Shown piece after piece: positions 50,074-60,187 of a stretch of DNA of 64,000 nucleotides. The notes beneath the pieces were generated by a model. The model worked only from the letters and a program-made list of their open reading frames with translations, was not told the DNA's origin and ran no database searches. Location of the stretch: positions 1 through 64,000 of the forward strand of contig JAYZAY010000001.1 of NCBI GenBank assembly GCA_036339465.1, written 5' to 3'. The translations under genes were made by a program, and so were the position numbers. The stretch comes from Myxococcota bacterium. GTDB taxonomy: Bacteria; Myxococcota; XYA12-FULL-58-9; JABJBS01. Position 1 is the stretch's first letter, and each line of letters starts with the position of its first letter.

Positions 50074-51684
50074 TTAAAAATTACTGTCTCCCCGTATATA
50101 AAGTTCTACGCTCTCGGTTGCCCTTAGGGAACCCCCAGAAAAACGCACGCCCCCTGTAACCAACACGTCGCCCCACGCAAGCACGGTAAGATTCGGCCAG
50201 TATTGCCCACTTTTCAGCCCTATCGCAACGGGAAGAAACTCTGAATTACAGGGGCTTTCTGGGTTGATAACAAGGCGTTCAGCAGAGGAGAGGAACTCCC
50301 CGCTCTCCCCGACACCGGCCACAATCAGGTAATCGGACTCGGTTAAGGGAGTAATCGCACCAGCAGAGCGAGGCTCCCGAAGTGCCAAAGGTTCTGCACA
50401 ATCCTCATCCACATGGATAAACGAATTCCCCTCATTTTTTAGGATTTCGATATCCGCAGTAGCCTCGCTGTACTCGGGTCTTGACGCGATAGCTCTACTT
50501 CCACCACTGGCGACAATCCAACCCTCAGTGATTGCGATGGACGAAAAATACTTTGGTGATCGAAAGCTACCTACCACTTCACTGGTGCCCTCGTTTATGT
50601 CAATGAGTTCGATGGACTCTTCTGCCTTCACCAGTGTCTGACCTCCGGCAATCACTATTTGTCCTGAAGAAATTTCCTTCGCTTGGTGCAAAAAACGAGG
50701 ATTGTTTAGCTTGGGACCACATTCAACGGAGTTTTTGATGGGGTCATAAATCTCTGTAATCAAAGATGCACCGTCAATACAGGACTCCGCAGCACAGGCG
50801 ACGGCAGTCGTGCTAATACTGTCTGTTCGTGAGCATCTCCCCCCAACGAGAAGGACCCTACCATCATCAAGAACGGTGCCGCTATGAAAACCCCGAGGGT
50901 GGGCTGTTTCGACAAAATCGGTTATGGAATGGTCCACCTGGCGACCGATCAAAATCCGGCGTGTAGCGACATTTTTTGCCTCCTCATTAAAATCAACCCA
51001 TTCTCTCAATCCCCCTACCACGATCCATTTGTCCTTCGAAATCTCGTGAAGCGTATGCCCAACAAGCGCTGCGCGGGCAGCACCATTGATAGTCAATGTC
51101 TCGTTAATATCACTAAACTCCCCAGTCTGAACTGAAAACGTTTCAAGCCCTGCATGGCTCGATAGTTTCCCAGCGTCCACCGAAACTCCGCCCTGAACCA
51201 GTACGGTCCCCGATGAAAGTAAGGTATGGGCACGAAAAAATGAAGGCAAAGAATCCCTTGAACATGCTCCATTTCTAAGCGCTCCACCAAGCCGAACAAA
51301 ATTATCCAATCGCCCCGGTTGTAGCACCAAAGGACCTTGGAATTGCGTACCTTCACCGATGCTAAGAGGGCCGACCGTCGTTCTTGCGAAAATGCCTGCG
51401 TCTCTTCGGGACAGCAAAACCTCAATGCTCATCCCTTCGCCAACGGGGCCTTGAAACACGCCTTTTCCGTCCGCTCTTTCCCATTTATATTCTTGAATGT
51501 TGCCTGCTGCTTTTACAGATAATTGAATTTCGGTGGCTTCTTGTATTGTCGATTGAGAACAGGGGTCTTTAATTTGTACGTCCAATAAGTGCTTGGGGCT
51601 GCACCCACAAAACAAGTAAAGCGCGATCCCCAAAAAAAGCGGTTTTCTGTTCAAGGCTTGGTTGAAAGATTCACCAGGAAACAT
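50074..51684 (-). CDS. Kelch-repeat lipoprotein
   Basis: Lipobox FCGC; Kelch units R..H...L.DGRVLLVGG, EIYDP, IVIAGG, VLVTGG. Confidence 0.82.
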   Translation of the reverse strand: MFPGESFNQALNRKPLFLGIALYLFCGCSPKHLLDVQIKDPCSQSTIQEATEIQLSVKAAGNIQEYKWERADGKGVFQGPVGEGMSIEVLLSRRDAGIFARTTVGPLSIGEGTQFQGPLVLQPGRLDNFVRLGGALRNGACSRDSLPSFFRAHTLLSSGTVLVQGGVSVDAGKLSSHAGLETFSVQTGEFSDINETLTINGAARAALVGHTLHEISKDKWIVVGGLREWVDFNEEAKNVATRRILIGRQVDHSITDFVETAHPRGFHSGTVLDDGRVLLVGGRCSRTDSISTTAVACAAESCIDGASLITEIYDPIKNSVECGPKLNNPRFLHQAKEISSGQIVIAGGQTLVKAEESIELIDINEGTSEVVGSFRSPKYFSSIAITEGWIVASGGSRAIASRPEYSEATADIEILKNEGNSFIHVDEDCAEPLALREPRSAGAITPLTESDYLIVAGVGESGEFLSSAERLVINPESPCNSEFLPVAIGLKSGQYWPNLTVLAWGDVLVTGGVRFSGGSLRATESVELYIRGDSNF

Positions 51685-53215
51685 TGTATTGGACCCTTTT
51701 CTCAGCCTGATCTTGTTGCCAGGTCGTTATTCCTGCAACTCCCGCGCTAACACCGATAACCCCCACGGCCGTCCAAAACCACCATTTCTTATACCAGGGT
51801 TCTGATTCGACCAGCACCGCCACCCTTCCCCCGGTCTGTGACTCCTGGTAAGAAGGAGAGGCGTCCTCCAAGAAGAGCTGCGCATCATTAATCCTAGAAC
51901 GTGACAGGGGTTGACTCGACATCCTTGAAATACCAAGAAGGACCGGATCCTCGAGTTGCTCGAGCTTCATCGCCTCCCTCGCATCTTGAATCTTTCCGAC
52001 ATTAAACCAAGTGTGTGTCCCGAGTTCTTTATCGGGGCTCAATAGTGAATCCAATGTGCCCCAAGCATCAAGACCCGATATGAGTCGATGGTCGCGCCCA
52101 GTCAGATATTGAGCCGGCCCAGTGGAACCACCCCGTAACCATTTTTGAATTTTCAAACTCGTGGCTTCGGTCATTTCTAGACTGGGCCCAAGTTCCAATA
52201 AATTCAACTTTCTCCACCGTTTTTCATTGCCGTAGCCTATCACTCCGCCCGCAAAATGACTGCCGCCACGTCTAAATATTCCCCACACCACGACCTCATC
52301 AAACCCCTTCCTGCCTGCAGTTCTTAGGGTCATCTCCCGGAGAAGATACGGAAAATGATTGGCAGCCAGTAGTTTCCTTGGTTCCAATCTGTCTTCGGTC
52401 GCAGGTATTTTCGGAAACCCTACGACGGCTCGATTGGTCCCTTTCTGCACCTCCACCCATTCCGCCCACAGCTCACCGGTGGGAGCGAAAACAGCCACCA
52501 CGTGTGGCCCCGCAACCAAACCTTCAATGACCAAAGGCACCGTGCCAACCCTCTTCCCATCCACAAAAATGTCCGCACTCTCCTGTGGGCTGTGAACAGT
52601 TAAGCTTCCACGTGGCCTATTCAATACTTCTCCACGGACCGCCGCGACGAAGTTGACAAAGGCCGGTGGGTATTCACGAAGATTGAGTACCAAAGCAGGA
52701 TTAATCATCAGCAATTTGCTCAACCACACTCGACACTCATCTTCGAACCCCTGGCGAAGGGCCGTTTCGGCTAATCCCAAATACGTCTCTTCCCAAAAAT
52801 TGCTGTCGGCAACACTCGCCGGAGAGTCTAGAGCGATCGTCAAAGCACCCATGAGCCTTCGATAAACTTCACCGTATCGTCCCGCTTGCGCTAACCACTT
52901 GACCTCTTTGAGCAAGCTCTTAAGACGAAGCGCCGGACTCGTTCTTGGAATCAACGATGTTTTTTCCAATTCCCTTTCAAACACAACCGCAGGCATGAGC
53001 ATCGGGAATATTCCATGGGTTGGTCGAATCAATTCATTCACGAGCCAGGAAGAGAAATCACCATCGAATTCACCCATCATGACAGGTTGCACCAACCCAA
53101 TGGAGCGACCGCTTGCGTAGGCCATGGTTCCACTGCTCGAACCCATAAACAGCCCGGCCAAAATTATAAAGCACCGCGCGGATCCCACGCTTGGCTTATG
53201 GTTGCTAAATCCCAT
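51671..53215 (-). CDS. PEGA domain protein
   Basis: GSLTVHSP..ADIFVDG..VGTVPL....L.AGPH and the C-terminal PWYKKWWFWTAVG typical of myxobacterial PEGA proteins. Confidence 0.85.
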   Translation of the reverse strand: MGFSNHKPSVGSARCFIILAGLFMGSSSGTMAYASGRSIGLVQPVMMGEFDGDFSSWLVNELIRPTHGIFPMLMPAVVFERELEKTSLIPRTSPALRLKSLLKEVKWLAQAGRYGEVYRRLMGALTIALDSPASVADSNFWEETYLGLAETALRQGFEDECRVWLSKLLMINPALVLNLREYPPAFVNFVAAVRGEVLNRPRGSLTVHSPQESADIFVDGKRVGTVPLVIEGLVAGPHVVAVFAPTGELWAEWVEVQKGTNRAVVGFPKIPATEDRLEPRKLLAANHFPYLLREMTLRTAGRKGFDEVVVWGIFRRGGSHFAGGVIGYGNEKRWRKLNLLELGPSLEMTEATSLKIQKWLRGGSTGPAQYLTGRDHRLISGLDAWGTLDSLLSPDKELGTHTWFNVGKIQDAREAMKLEQLEDPVLLGISRMSSQPLSRSRINDAQLFLEDASPSYQESQTGGRVAVLVESEPWYKKWWFWTAVGVIGVSAGVAGITTWQQDQAEKRVQYNVSW

Positions 53216-53340
53216 CAGATTGACCGCCTCGACATAAACTCAGAACCCGTAGTTCCCTTCAAACCAAAAAAAGACAGAAAAGGCTACCCTTTCGGCTGTT
53301 TTGCGTCATAAGACAAACGAAGTTAGATTCATGTAAAGCA

Positions 53341-55269
53341 ATGAAAAGACTCTTATACAAACTGGTTTTACCACCAATAATCTGCCTGTTAGTCGCGACT
53401 TACGTCATGACTGAAGATAGAAATACGCTTAAGGTGCGTCGAGACCTCAGAGCGGCTCAAAGCCAATCCTTGGGGAAAATTGTACGTGCATGGAACCAAT
53501 TGACTCAAATTCAAATGGACCTTTTCACCAATCTGATAGAGTGGTCCGAAGCAAATCTTTATGTCAACTCACCAAGGCCACTACCTACCCAAATAATTCG
53601 AAAAACTGAGCGACTTCAGGCTTCTATTATTGCTTTAGATGCCCACATTCACAAAGAGTCGTCCTCGGTCAGCCAAACAAGCCAATTTTCGCTATCACGA
53701 TCCTTGGCCATCCTAGAGAGGCTCTCAGACACCAATTTGAGCATCCAACAACTTGCATCTTTAACCACCGAGGATGTTCCGCTTTTCATCAGCTTAGCCC
53801 AACGGTCCGTGGATCTAATGCGGCAACGTTTCCAAGAACAAGCTCTAGCGGAGCGACTGATTCTCGCAGAATTAACAAGAAATACACCCGAGCTTCACGC
53901 AATACCCATGGCAGACGTTGTGGCACTCGTTTTTGTTCTCACCGCTGCTCTTTGGATTCTCCTCGGCGCACTCAGCGTGAGCCGATTTATTCAGGAGCCC
54001 AATACCGGTGGCCTCTTTCATTCGCTTGAACAAGAAACTTTATTAAAGCGACTCAACCTACTTGAATCAGGCAATCTAGCTCTGGGGCGTCAAACTGAAC
54101 GCCTTCAAACGACCCTTTCGGCGGAGGAGCAAAAGCTCCGAACCTTGGAAACTGACCTCGCACTGATCCAACTTTACAACGAAAACCTCGTCAACAGTAT
54201 GCAATCTGGCTTGGTGGTTACCACAACCAATCTGGAAATCACGAACTACAATCGACGAGCCCAGGATATTCTATCCTTGAGTCGTGATTCCATTCGACAA
54301 AGCTTTAGGGACCAACCCCTCTGCACCACCATCCAAACAACCCGCCGAGATTTTGACCACCTTATATCTCAAGCCATTACAGCAGTTCGCTCCCAGCGAT
54401 TTGAGGCAATCAGTTATACCGCCCTGGATCGGAACCTTGTTTTAGACATTCGAATGGTGCCCATCAAAGATGGTCGAGGCAGTTGCCAAGCACTCATGTG
54501 GATGCTCGATGATATTTCTGAGGCGACCGAAATGAAGAACCAGCTCTATCTCGCAGAGCATATGGCGGCCGTCGGCCGCGTTTCGGCACAAGTCGCCCAT
54601 GAAATCCGCAACCCCCTCAGCGCCATAGGGCTCAATGCTGAGATGCTTGAGGAAGAATTCGCAACAGCCTTGCCTGAAACCCAGCAAAGCGAAGCACTCG
54701 CGCTCCTAAGAGCAATCGCCCGAGAAATTGAACGCTTGAACGAAATCACTGAAGATTATCTCCAGCTGGCTAGGCTACCCTCACCCAACCTCCAGCCCAT
54801 AGCTCTTAACCCCTTGATCTCAGATTTACTTACGCTTCTACGCCCCGAATTCGACAATCGTGGAATTTCTCTACAACTGAATATGCAAGTTCCAAATCCC
54901 GTCGTGCTGGCCGATAGCGGCCAAATGCGACAGGCGCTCCTTAATATAATACGTAACGCCCAAGAGGCGATGGCCGACGGAGGACTTCTTCGGTTGGAAA
55001 CGAGCCTCTCCGCTGAACACCTCATCATCACGATCGAGGATAATGGACCAGGTGTACCCACCGATGTTTCCCACCGAATCTACGAACCGTTTTTCACCAC
55101 GAAGGCTACAGGCACCGGACTGGGTTTGTCGCTCACCCAACAGATCATCCGCGATCACCATGGAAGTTTAGAGCTGCTAAATGTTGCCCCCCAAGGTGCG
55201 AGGATGTGTGTCCTTCTTCCATATGCCGCGCAAGAAACGCGAGAGGATAACCTAGAAAGCCCCAATTAA
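53341..55269 (+). CDS. Membrane sensor histidine kinase with PAS domain
   Basis: Two TM helices, PAS, AHEIRNPL, NIIRNA, DNGPG, FFTTK..GTGLGL. Confidence 0.92.
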   Translation: MKRLLYKLVLPPIICLLVATYVMTEDRNTLKVRRDLRAAQSQSLGKIVRAWNQLTQIQMDLFTNLIEWSEANLYVNSPRPLPTQIIRKTERLQASIIALDAHIHKESSSVSQTSQFSLSRSLAILERLSDTNLSIQQLASLTTEDVPLFISLAQRSVDLMRQRFQEQALAERLILAELTRNTPELHAIPMADVVALVFVLTAALWILLGALSVSRFIQEPNTGGLFHSLEQETLLKRLNLLESGNLALGRQTERLQTTLSAEEQKLRTLETDLALIQLYNENLVNSMQSGLVVTTTNLEITNYNRRAQDILSLSRDSIRQSFRDQPLCTTIQTTRRDFDHLISQAITAVRSQRFEAISYTALDRNLVLDIRMVPIKDGRGSCQALMWMLDDISEATEMKNQLYLAEHMAAVGRVSAQVAHEIRNPLSAIGLNAEMLEEEFATALPETQQSEALALLRAIAREIERLNEITEDYLQLARLPSPNLQPIALNPLISDLLTLLRPEFDNRGISLQLNMQVPNPVVLADSGQMRQALLNIIRNAQEAMADGGLLRLETSLSAEHLIITIEDNGPGVPTDVSHRIYEPFFTTKATGTGLGLSLTQQIIRDHHGSLELLNVAPQGARMCVLLPYAAQETREDNLESPN

Positions 55270-55361
55270 TTCAATGCTTACCATTTCCTTTCCGCTACTC
55301 TTGGCCGGTTTTTCCTTTGAATTGCGCTTTGGGGCGAAAAGGCCGTAGGCAAGAATGTGAC

Positions 55362-55389
55362 TTGACACAAATCCTGGTAGGTTTAAAAT
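55362..55389 (+). promoter_or_regulatory. Sigma70-like promoter TTGACA-N16-TAAAAT
   Basis: Consensus -35 and near-consensus -10, immediately upstream of the long hairpin. Confidence 0.55.
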
Positions 55390-55397
55390 CGCACTAC

Positions 55398-55503
55398 TGG
55401 GCCAATCTTGGGTTCGGGAGTGGTGTGATAAGTAGGTGACTTCTTCGTAGTAGCCAACTCGGCATCTGTTTGTCGCACCACTCGCGAAGCTGAGATCGGA
55501 CTG
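55398..55503 (+). ncRNA. Candidate structured non-coding RNA (long hairpin)
   Basis: 55405-55438 pairs with 55463-55496: 32 of 34 positions pair, including 7 G-U and no A-C; 24-nt loop; intergenic between convergent genes. Confidence 0.55.
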
Positions 55504-55627
55504 CACCTCGAATCAAAATCAGAAAAAATAACCTAGACAAGATGCTGCGGATAAAAAGCTGCTCACAAAGCTTTGATGGAACCTCTGTTCACAAGGTTTC
55601 AGCGTGTTGTTTACGGTAGCTGTGGTA

Positions 55628-56803
55628 TTAGTGAGCTGTGGCAACCTTGCGTCGCTCGTTGGTGGCTGGAGTTTTCCCTTCTTGGCGTTCCCGAATCACC
55701 TCATAGGTCATGGCAGCGACGCCAACAGAGGAGTAGGTCCCCACTATGACCCCGATAGCCAGCGCAATACTGAAATCACGAATAATACCTCCGCCCATAA
55801 GTAGAAGTGCAGCCACAACTAAAAGAGTGGTAACACTGGTCAGTAGCGTTCTAGACAGCGTTTGATTCACCGATGAGTTGACCAATTCCGTCGCCGGTCT
55901 ACCTTTAAACCTTAATGCGTTTTCCCGAATACGGTCATAAACAACGATTGTATCATTCAGTGAATAACCCACAACGGTAAGTATTGCGGCAATGATTGGG
56001 AGGTTAAACTCTATTTGAAACAAGGCGAAAACCCCTATCGTAATCAAGACATCGTGGAGTAGGGCAATAATAGCTCCTGGAGCGAAGGCTAGGTCAAAAC
56101 GGATTGCGACATAGATAAGGATAAATCCAAGTGCATAAATAATAGCTAAAACGCCCTGGTTTCTCAACTCTTCACCGACATGGGGACCAACGTATTCGGC
56201 ACGCTGAATCATCGCTTGGCTTTCGGGGACTTCATAGCCTGCCCTAAGCGCTGATTCAATCAAACCCGCGACGGAAACAATTTCGACTTGGTACTCAGGC
56301 TTATCATCCCGACCTCGTTTTAGGATGTTCTTAGTCTTCAGGTTTAAACCCGCAACCAGCGTCTCTAATTCGCCTTCCCCTACTGGCTTACCAAATTGCA
56401 CGGTAATCGACTCCCCACTTTCGGCCATCACCCAATTGAGGATCCCCTGGGCGCCTCCAGCGATCGCCTCCAACCCCGCCCGGACCTGGGCTTTTTTGGT
56501 TTCATCGAGGCTCCCCTGCTCCCTAATCATAATCAGCGCCTGCCTAGAATCACGACCACCAAATCGCTGAACGCGTACTTCCGATAACCCCAACGGGGCC
56601 AATAAATCTTTGACCTCGTTTTCCTGAAAATCCTTCGGGAATTCGACCTGTAGCTCGTAGCCACCCGCGAAATCGATACCGAAATTCAGCCCAAATAGCC
56701 CCACAAACAGCACAGATAAGAGGCAAGCAGTTGCAGACAGCTTCACAAAGACATCTCTTTTACCACTGAAATCGAAGTCAGCTTCACCTTGCATAATTTT
56801 CAT
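55628..56803 (-). CDS. secF: Protein translocase subunit SecF
   Basis: NFGIDFAGG, VGP.VG.EL, LLHDV, GYSLNDTIVVYDRIRE, TLSRT, GTYSS. Confidence 0.96.
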   Translation of the reverse strand: MKIMQGEADFDFSGKRDVFVKLSATACLLSVLFVGLFGLNFGIDFAGGYELQVEFPKDFQENEVKDLLAPLGLSEVRVQRFGGRDSRQALIMIREQGSLDETKKAQVRAGLEAIAGGAQGILNWVMAESGESITVQFGKPVGEGELETLVAGLNLKTKNILKRGRDDKPEYQVEIVSVAGLIESALRAGYEVPESQAMIQRAEYVGPHVGEELRNQGVLAIIYALGFILIYVAIRFDLAFAPGAIIALLHDVLITIGVFALFQIEFNLPIIAAILTVVGYSLNDTIVVYDRIRENALRFKGRPATELVNSSVNQTLSRTLLTSVTTLLVVAALLLMGGGIIRDFSIALAIGVIVGTYSSVGVAAMTYEVIRERQEGKTPATNERRKVATAH

Positions 56804-56811
56804 GTCAGACC

Positions 56812-58587
56812 TCAGATGCTTAGAGTTTTAAACCGCGCACGGGATGTGGAAATATCAAAAACCAACCGAGTGACGACAATGGCGGTAAACATCGAGCAGA
56901 CAATACCCACCATCAATGTCACCGCAAAACCTCGTACAGGTCCAGAACCATACTGATAGAGCACCACACAAGCTAAAAGCGTGGTAATATTCGCATCGAG
57001 AATCGTTCCGAATGCTTTTGAATAGCCCCCATCAACCGCAGCTCTCGCCGATTTACCAATGCGTAATTCCTCTCTAATCCGTTCGAAAATAATCACATTC
57101 GCATCGACCGCCATACCAATGGTTAGAACGATTCCTGCCATTCCGGGTAGGGTTAACGTTGCCTCAAAGAGAGATAAAACCGCCAAAACCAAGAGAATAT
57201 TCAAAACAAGCGCGAAGTCTGCGATGAAACCGCTGAGCTTGTAGTAAATTAGCATAAATATCAGAACAAGAATCGCCCCAAGGGCAATGGCATAGGCGCC
57301 CCCCCGAACAGATTGCTCGCCCAATGTTTGGCCCACTTGCCGCTTTTCTCGAATCTCCACCGGTGCCGGTAAGGCGCCCGCCTTGAGGACCAAGGCTAGG
57401 TCAGTCGCTTCCTCAAACTTCTTGCGGCCATCACCGTAACCACCAAGAGTGACCCTCGCACTACCGCCGGGTATCTTCCCTTCAATTTGCGGCGCACTAC
57501 TCACCACATCATCAAGTACAATCGCCATCTTATCACGGGCATGTTTTTCGGTAAGATCAGCAAAAACCTTCGCACCCTTTTGGTCAAATTGCATCGAGAC
57601 ATAATAGTCGGTTGGAATATCGGGATTTCGATCCACAAACGCGTCCGTTAGATAATCCCCGGTGATACCGGCTTTACGATACAAGACGTATGTTCTCAAT
57701 TTCGCACCCGGCTCAGCACTACCATCACTAAAAGCCAACTGACGATCCGCTGCAAGGAGCGGCTTTAGAACCGCCCGAACTGCCGCCTTGTCTTTGGGTG
57801 CCAATTCAAAGTAAAAATCCTCTTGAATCGAGCCACCTTTTCCATCGAAACGAGCCGATTGCCGTGTCGTGCCTTCCGGCAAGGTCGAAAGTTCGATAGT
57901 TTCAAACACTTTTGTGGCTGCAGGATCAACAATCTTAAATGCCAATTGCGCGGTTTTACCGATCATATCGATGGCTCGCTGCGGATCCTTAACACCCGGA
58001 AGTTGAATGACAATACCGCTCTTGCCGCGTTTCGCAATTGTGGGCTCGGTGACCCCAAATTTATCCGCGCGATTCCTCAGGGTTTTAATGGTCTGGTCCA
58101 GGGCCATCGTCTCTACTCTGGCTTGTTCCTCAGGCGTCAGTTCGAGAAAAATTGCGTCATCGCTGCGCCCTACAATGGTCAGAACGCTGTAATCTGACCG
58201 AATAAACGTCTCAAAAGCAGAAACATTATCTTTCGCTAGGTTTGCGGTAATGCGCTTCGAGCCTTCGTCTCGCACCGCGGTTGCCGACTTCCACTTCTTT
58301 TCCTCTAGATTCGACTGAAGACCGTCGGCCAATCGGTCGAGGCGTTGCTCAAGCGCTTTTTCAACGCCGACGCCAAGGACCAAGTGAACGCCTCCCTGCA
58401 AATCAAGCCCCAGGTTGATCTTGGCGCAATTGAACCACCCCGGAAGTGCTTCACAAAACTTCTCATGGGTGGCCTTCTCTGCCTCTGTGGCCGAACCAAA
58501 AAAATATATCGAAGGATATAACAAATAAATTGAGCACCCAATAACAGATGCGACAACCAGTAATCGCGAACGAATACCCCGTTCCAT
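56812..58587 (-). CDS. secD: Protein translocase subunit SecD
   Basis: NLGLDLQGG, GVTEP, IQLPG, GALPAP, TLTLPG, GMAVDANVIIFERIREE. Confidence 0.97.
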   Translation of the reverse strand: MERGIRSRLLVVASVIGCSIYLLYPSIYFFGSATEAEKATHEKFCEALPGWFNCAKINLGLDLQGGVHLVLGVGVEKALEQRLDRLADGLQSNLEEKKWKSATAVRDEGSKRITANLAKDNVSAFETFIRSDYSVLTIVGRSDDAIFLELTPEEQARVETMALDQTIKTLRNRADKFGVTEPTIAKRGKSGIVIQLPGVKDPQRAIDMIGKTAQLAFKIVDPAATKVFETIELSTLPEGTTRQSARFDGKGGSIQEDFYFELAPKDKAAVRAVLKPLLAADRQLAFSDGSAEPGAKLRTYVLYRKAGITGDYLTDAFVDRNPDIPTDYYVSMQFDQKGAKVFADLTEKHARDKMAIVLDDVVSSAPQIEGKIPGGSARVTLGGYGDGRKKFEEATDLALVLKAGALPAPVEIREKRQVGQTLGEQSVRGGAYAIALGAILVLIFMLIYYKLSGFIADFALVLNILLVLAVLSLFEATLTLPGMAGIVLTIGMAVDANVIIFERIREELRIGKSARAAVDGGYSKAFGTILDANITTLLACVVLYQYGSGPVRGFAVTLMVGIVCSMFTAIVVTRLVFDISTSRARFKTLSI

Positions 58588-58602
58588 GCGCTAGCTCCAA
58601 TT

Positions 58603-58950
58603 TTATGCTGTTTTCTTAACTGTTTCCGGATTCCATCGGCCCGAGATCCGGTCCTTCAGAATCTTGATTTTCACGCGGTCAGACACTTCCAATGTCGCCA
58701 CGTTCTGCTCAAGTTGCACTACCTTACCCCATATTCCACCCGTCGTCACAATTTCATCGCCCTTCTTAAGAGCCTGAAGAAGCTGCTGATGCGCTTTCCG
58801 CCTTTTCGAATCCGGACGGATGATTAAGAAGTACATAATCCCAACAATAAGGATAACAGGAACCGCCTGCATGAAGCCCATTGCCGGTGGAGCTTGCTCG
58901 ACCTGTTGAAGCAGGAGCGTTGGTACAAAAGTGAGGTATGGTGTAAACAT
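58603..58950 (-). CDS. yajC: Preprotein translocase subunit YajC
   Basis: MYFLIIRP, LKKGDEIVTTGGIWG. Confidence 0.95.
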   Translation of the reverse strand: MFTPYLTFVPTLLLQQVEQAPPAMGFMQAVPVILIVGIMYFLIIRPDSKRRKAHQQLLQALKKGDEIVTTGGIWGKVVQLEQNVATLEVSDRVKIKILKDRISGRWNPETVKKTA

Positions 58951-59084
58951 AATCGTGCCCGTTCAATCTAAGTCCCGAGAGACTTTTAAATTACCGCCGG
59001 TGGGCCTAACATACGCCCCCAACGAAAGCAATGCTATTGGATTCATCAATCAAAATGAACGCTTAGCTCTCAAGGAAATCCGCT

Positions 59085-60146
59085 TTATAATAGAAGCATC
59101 GCGTCGCCGTAGGAAAAGAACCTATACTTTTCTAGAATCGCTCTTTGATAGAGTTCTTGAATTCGTTGTCGTCCCATAAATGCTGAGACCAACATAAGTA
59201 GGGTGGACCGCGGTAAATGGAAATTGGTAATCATTCCGTCCACTGACTGGAACCGATAGCCAGGATAGATGAAGAGTCGGGATTCACCTTCTGCTTCACC
59301 ACTGCTCTGCCAAGATTCGATGGCCCTAACTGCAGTGGTCCCAACTCCAATGATTCGACCACCCTCCCGTTTTGTTTCCTCGATCGCTTTAATGGTAGCC
59401 TGTGGAACCTCATAATACTCCGAATGCATGCTGTGCCCGCGGATGTCCTTATCTAATTCCTTCGGTACTGGTAGGAATGTACCAAGACCGACATGGAGTA
59501 TAACCGGCGAAAATCGTACACCTTTTTGCTTAATCTCCTCGATCAGTGAATTCGTAAAATGCAGAGACGCCGTCGGAGCCGCAACGGAGCCCAGCTCTTT
59601 GGCAAAAACGGGTTGATAACGCTCTCTATCAAGAGCGTCGTTCGCCTCATCATGTCGAATAATGTAGGGTGGCAAGGGCCTACGGCCGACCTCCTGCATC
59701 ACCGTGATTAAAGGAATAGATGAAGCCACGGTGATCGTACGACCTTCCTTTGCTCGAACCTCTAATTCATATCTCCCGACTTTGATGATACGCCCAGGAC
59801 GGAGGGATTTACCCGGCCGACCAATGGCTTGCCACACCATGGCCTCAAGGAGCGCTGCGTCTACGGGCTTAACAAATACGAGCTCAATTTTGCCACCGTG
59901 GAGAGTCTCACCAAAAACCCGAGCAGGTAATACCCTGCTCTCATTGCGTACGAGCAAATCGCCCGGCTTAAGAAACTCTGATAGGTCGCTAAAATGTGCG
60001 CCAACAATGCCCGAGGAGTCATCACGATTCGCGACTAAGAGTCGACTTCCATCACGATTGGCCAATGGCGCCTGAGCAATTAAGTCAGAAGGGAGTTCGT
60101 AGTCGAACCACTCAAGTGGAATAGCGCTTTCCCTCGTATTATTCAC
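59085..60146 (-). CDS. queA: S-adenosylmethionine:tRNA ribosyltransferase-isomerase
   Basis: FDYELP..LIAQ, PLPPYI, GSVAAPTASLHF, LHVGLGTF, TNFHLPRSTL, YRFFSYGDAML. Confidence 0.97.
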   Translation of the reverse strand: MNNTRESAIPLEWFDYELPSDLIAQAPLANRDGSRLLVANRDDSSGIVGAHFSDLSEFLKPGDLLVRNESRVLPARVFGETLHGGKIELVFVKPVDAALLEAMVWQAIGRPGKSLRPGRIIKVGRYELEVRAKEGRTITVASSIPLITVMQEVGRRPLPPYIIRHDEANDALDRERYQPVFAKELGSVAAPTASLHFTNSLIEEIKQKGVRFSPVILHVGLGTFLPVPKELDKDIRGHSMHSEYYEVPQATIKAIEETKREGGRIIGVGTTAVRAIESWQSSGEAEGESRLFIYPGYRFQSVDGMITNFHLPRSTLLMLVSAFMGRQRIQELYQRAILEKYRFFSYGDAMLLL

Positions 60147-60187
60147 GTAAGCCTCTTACGAGAGCTACCAACCCCTGGCAATAGGTG

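Noticed and set aside
55252..55506. 84-aa minus-strand ORF over the hairpin
   Set aside because: No motif, and the region is better explained by the plus-strand promoter and RNA structure.
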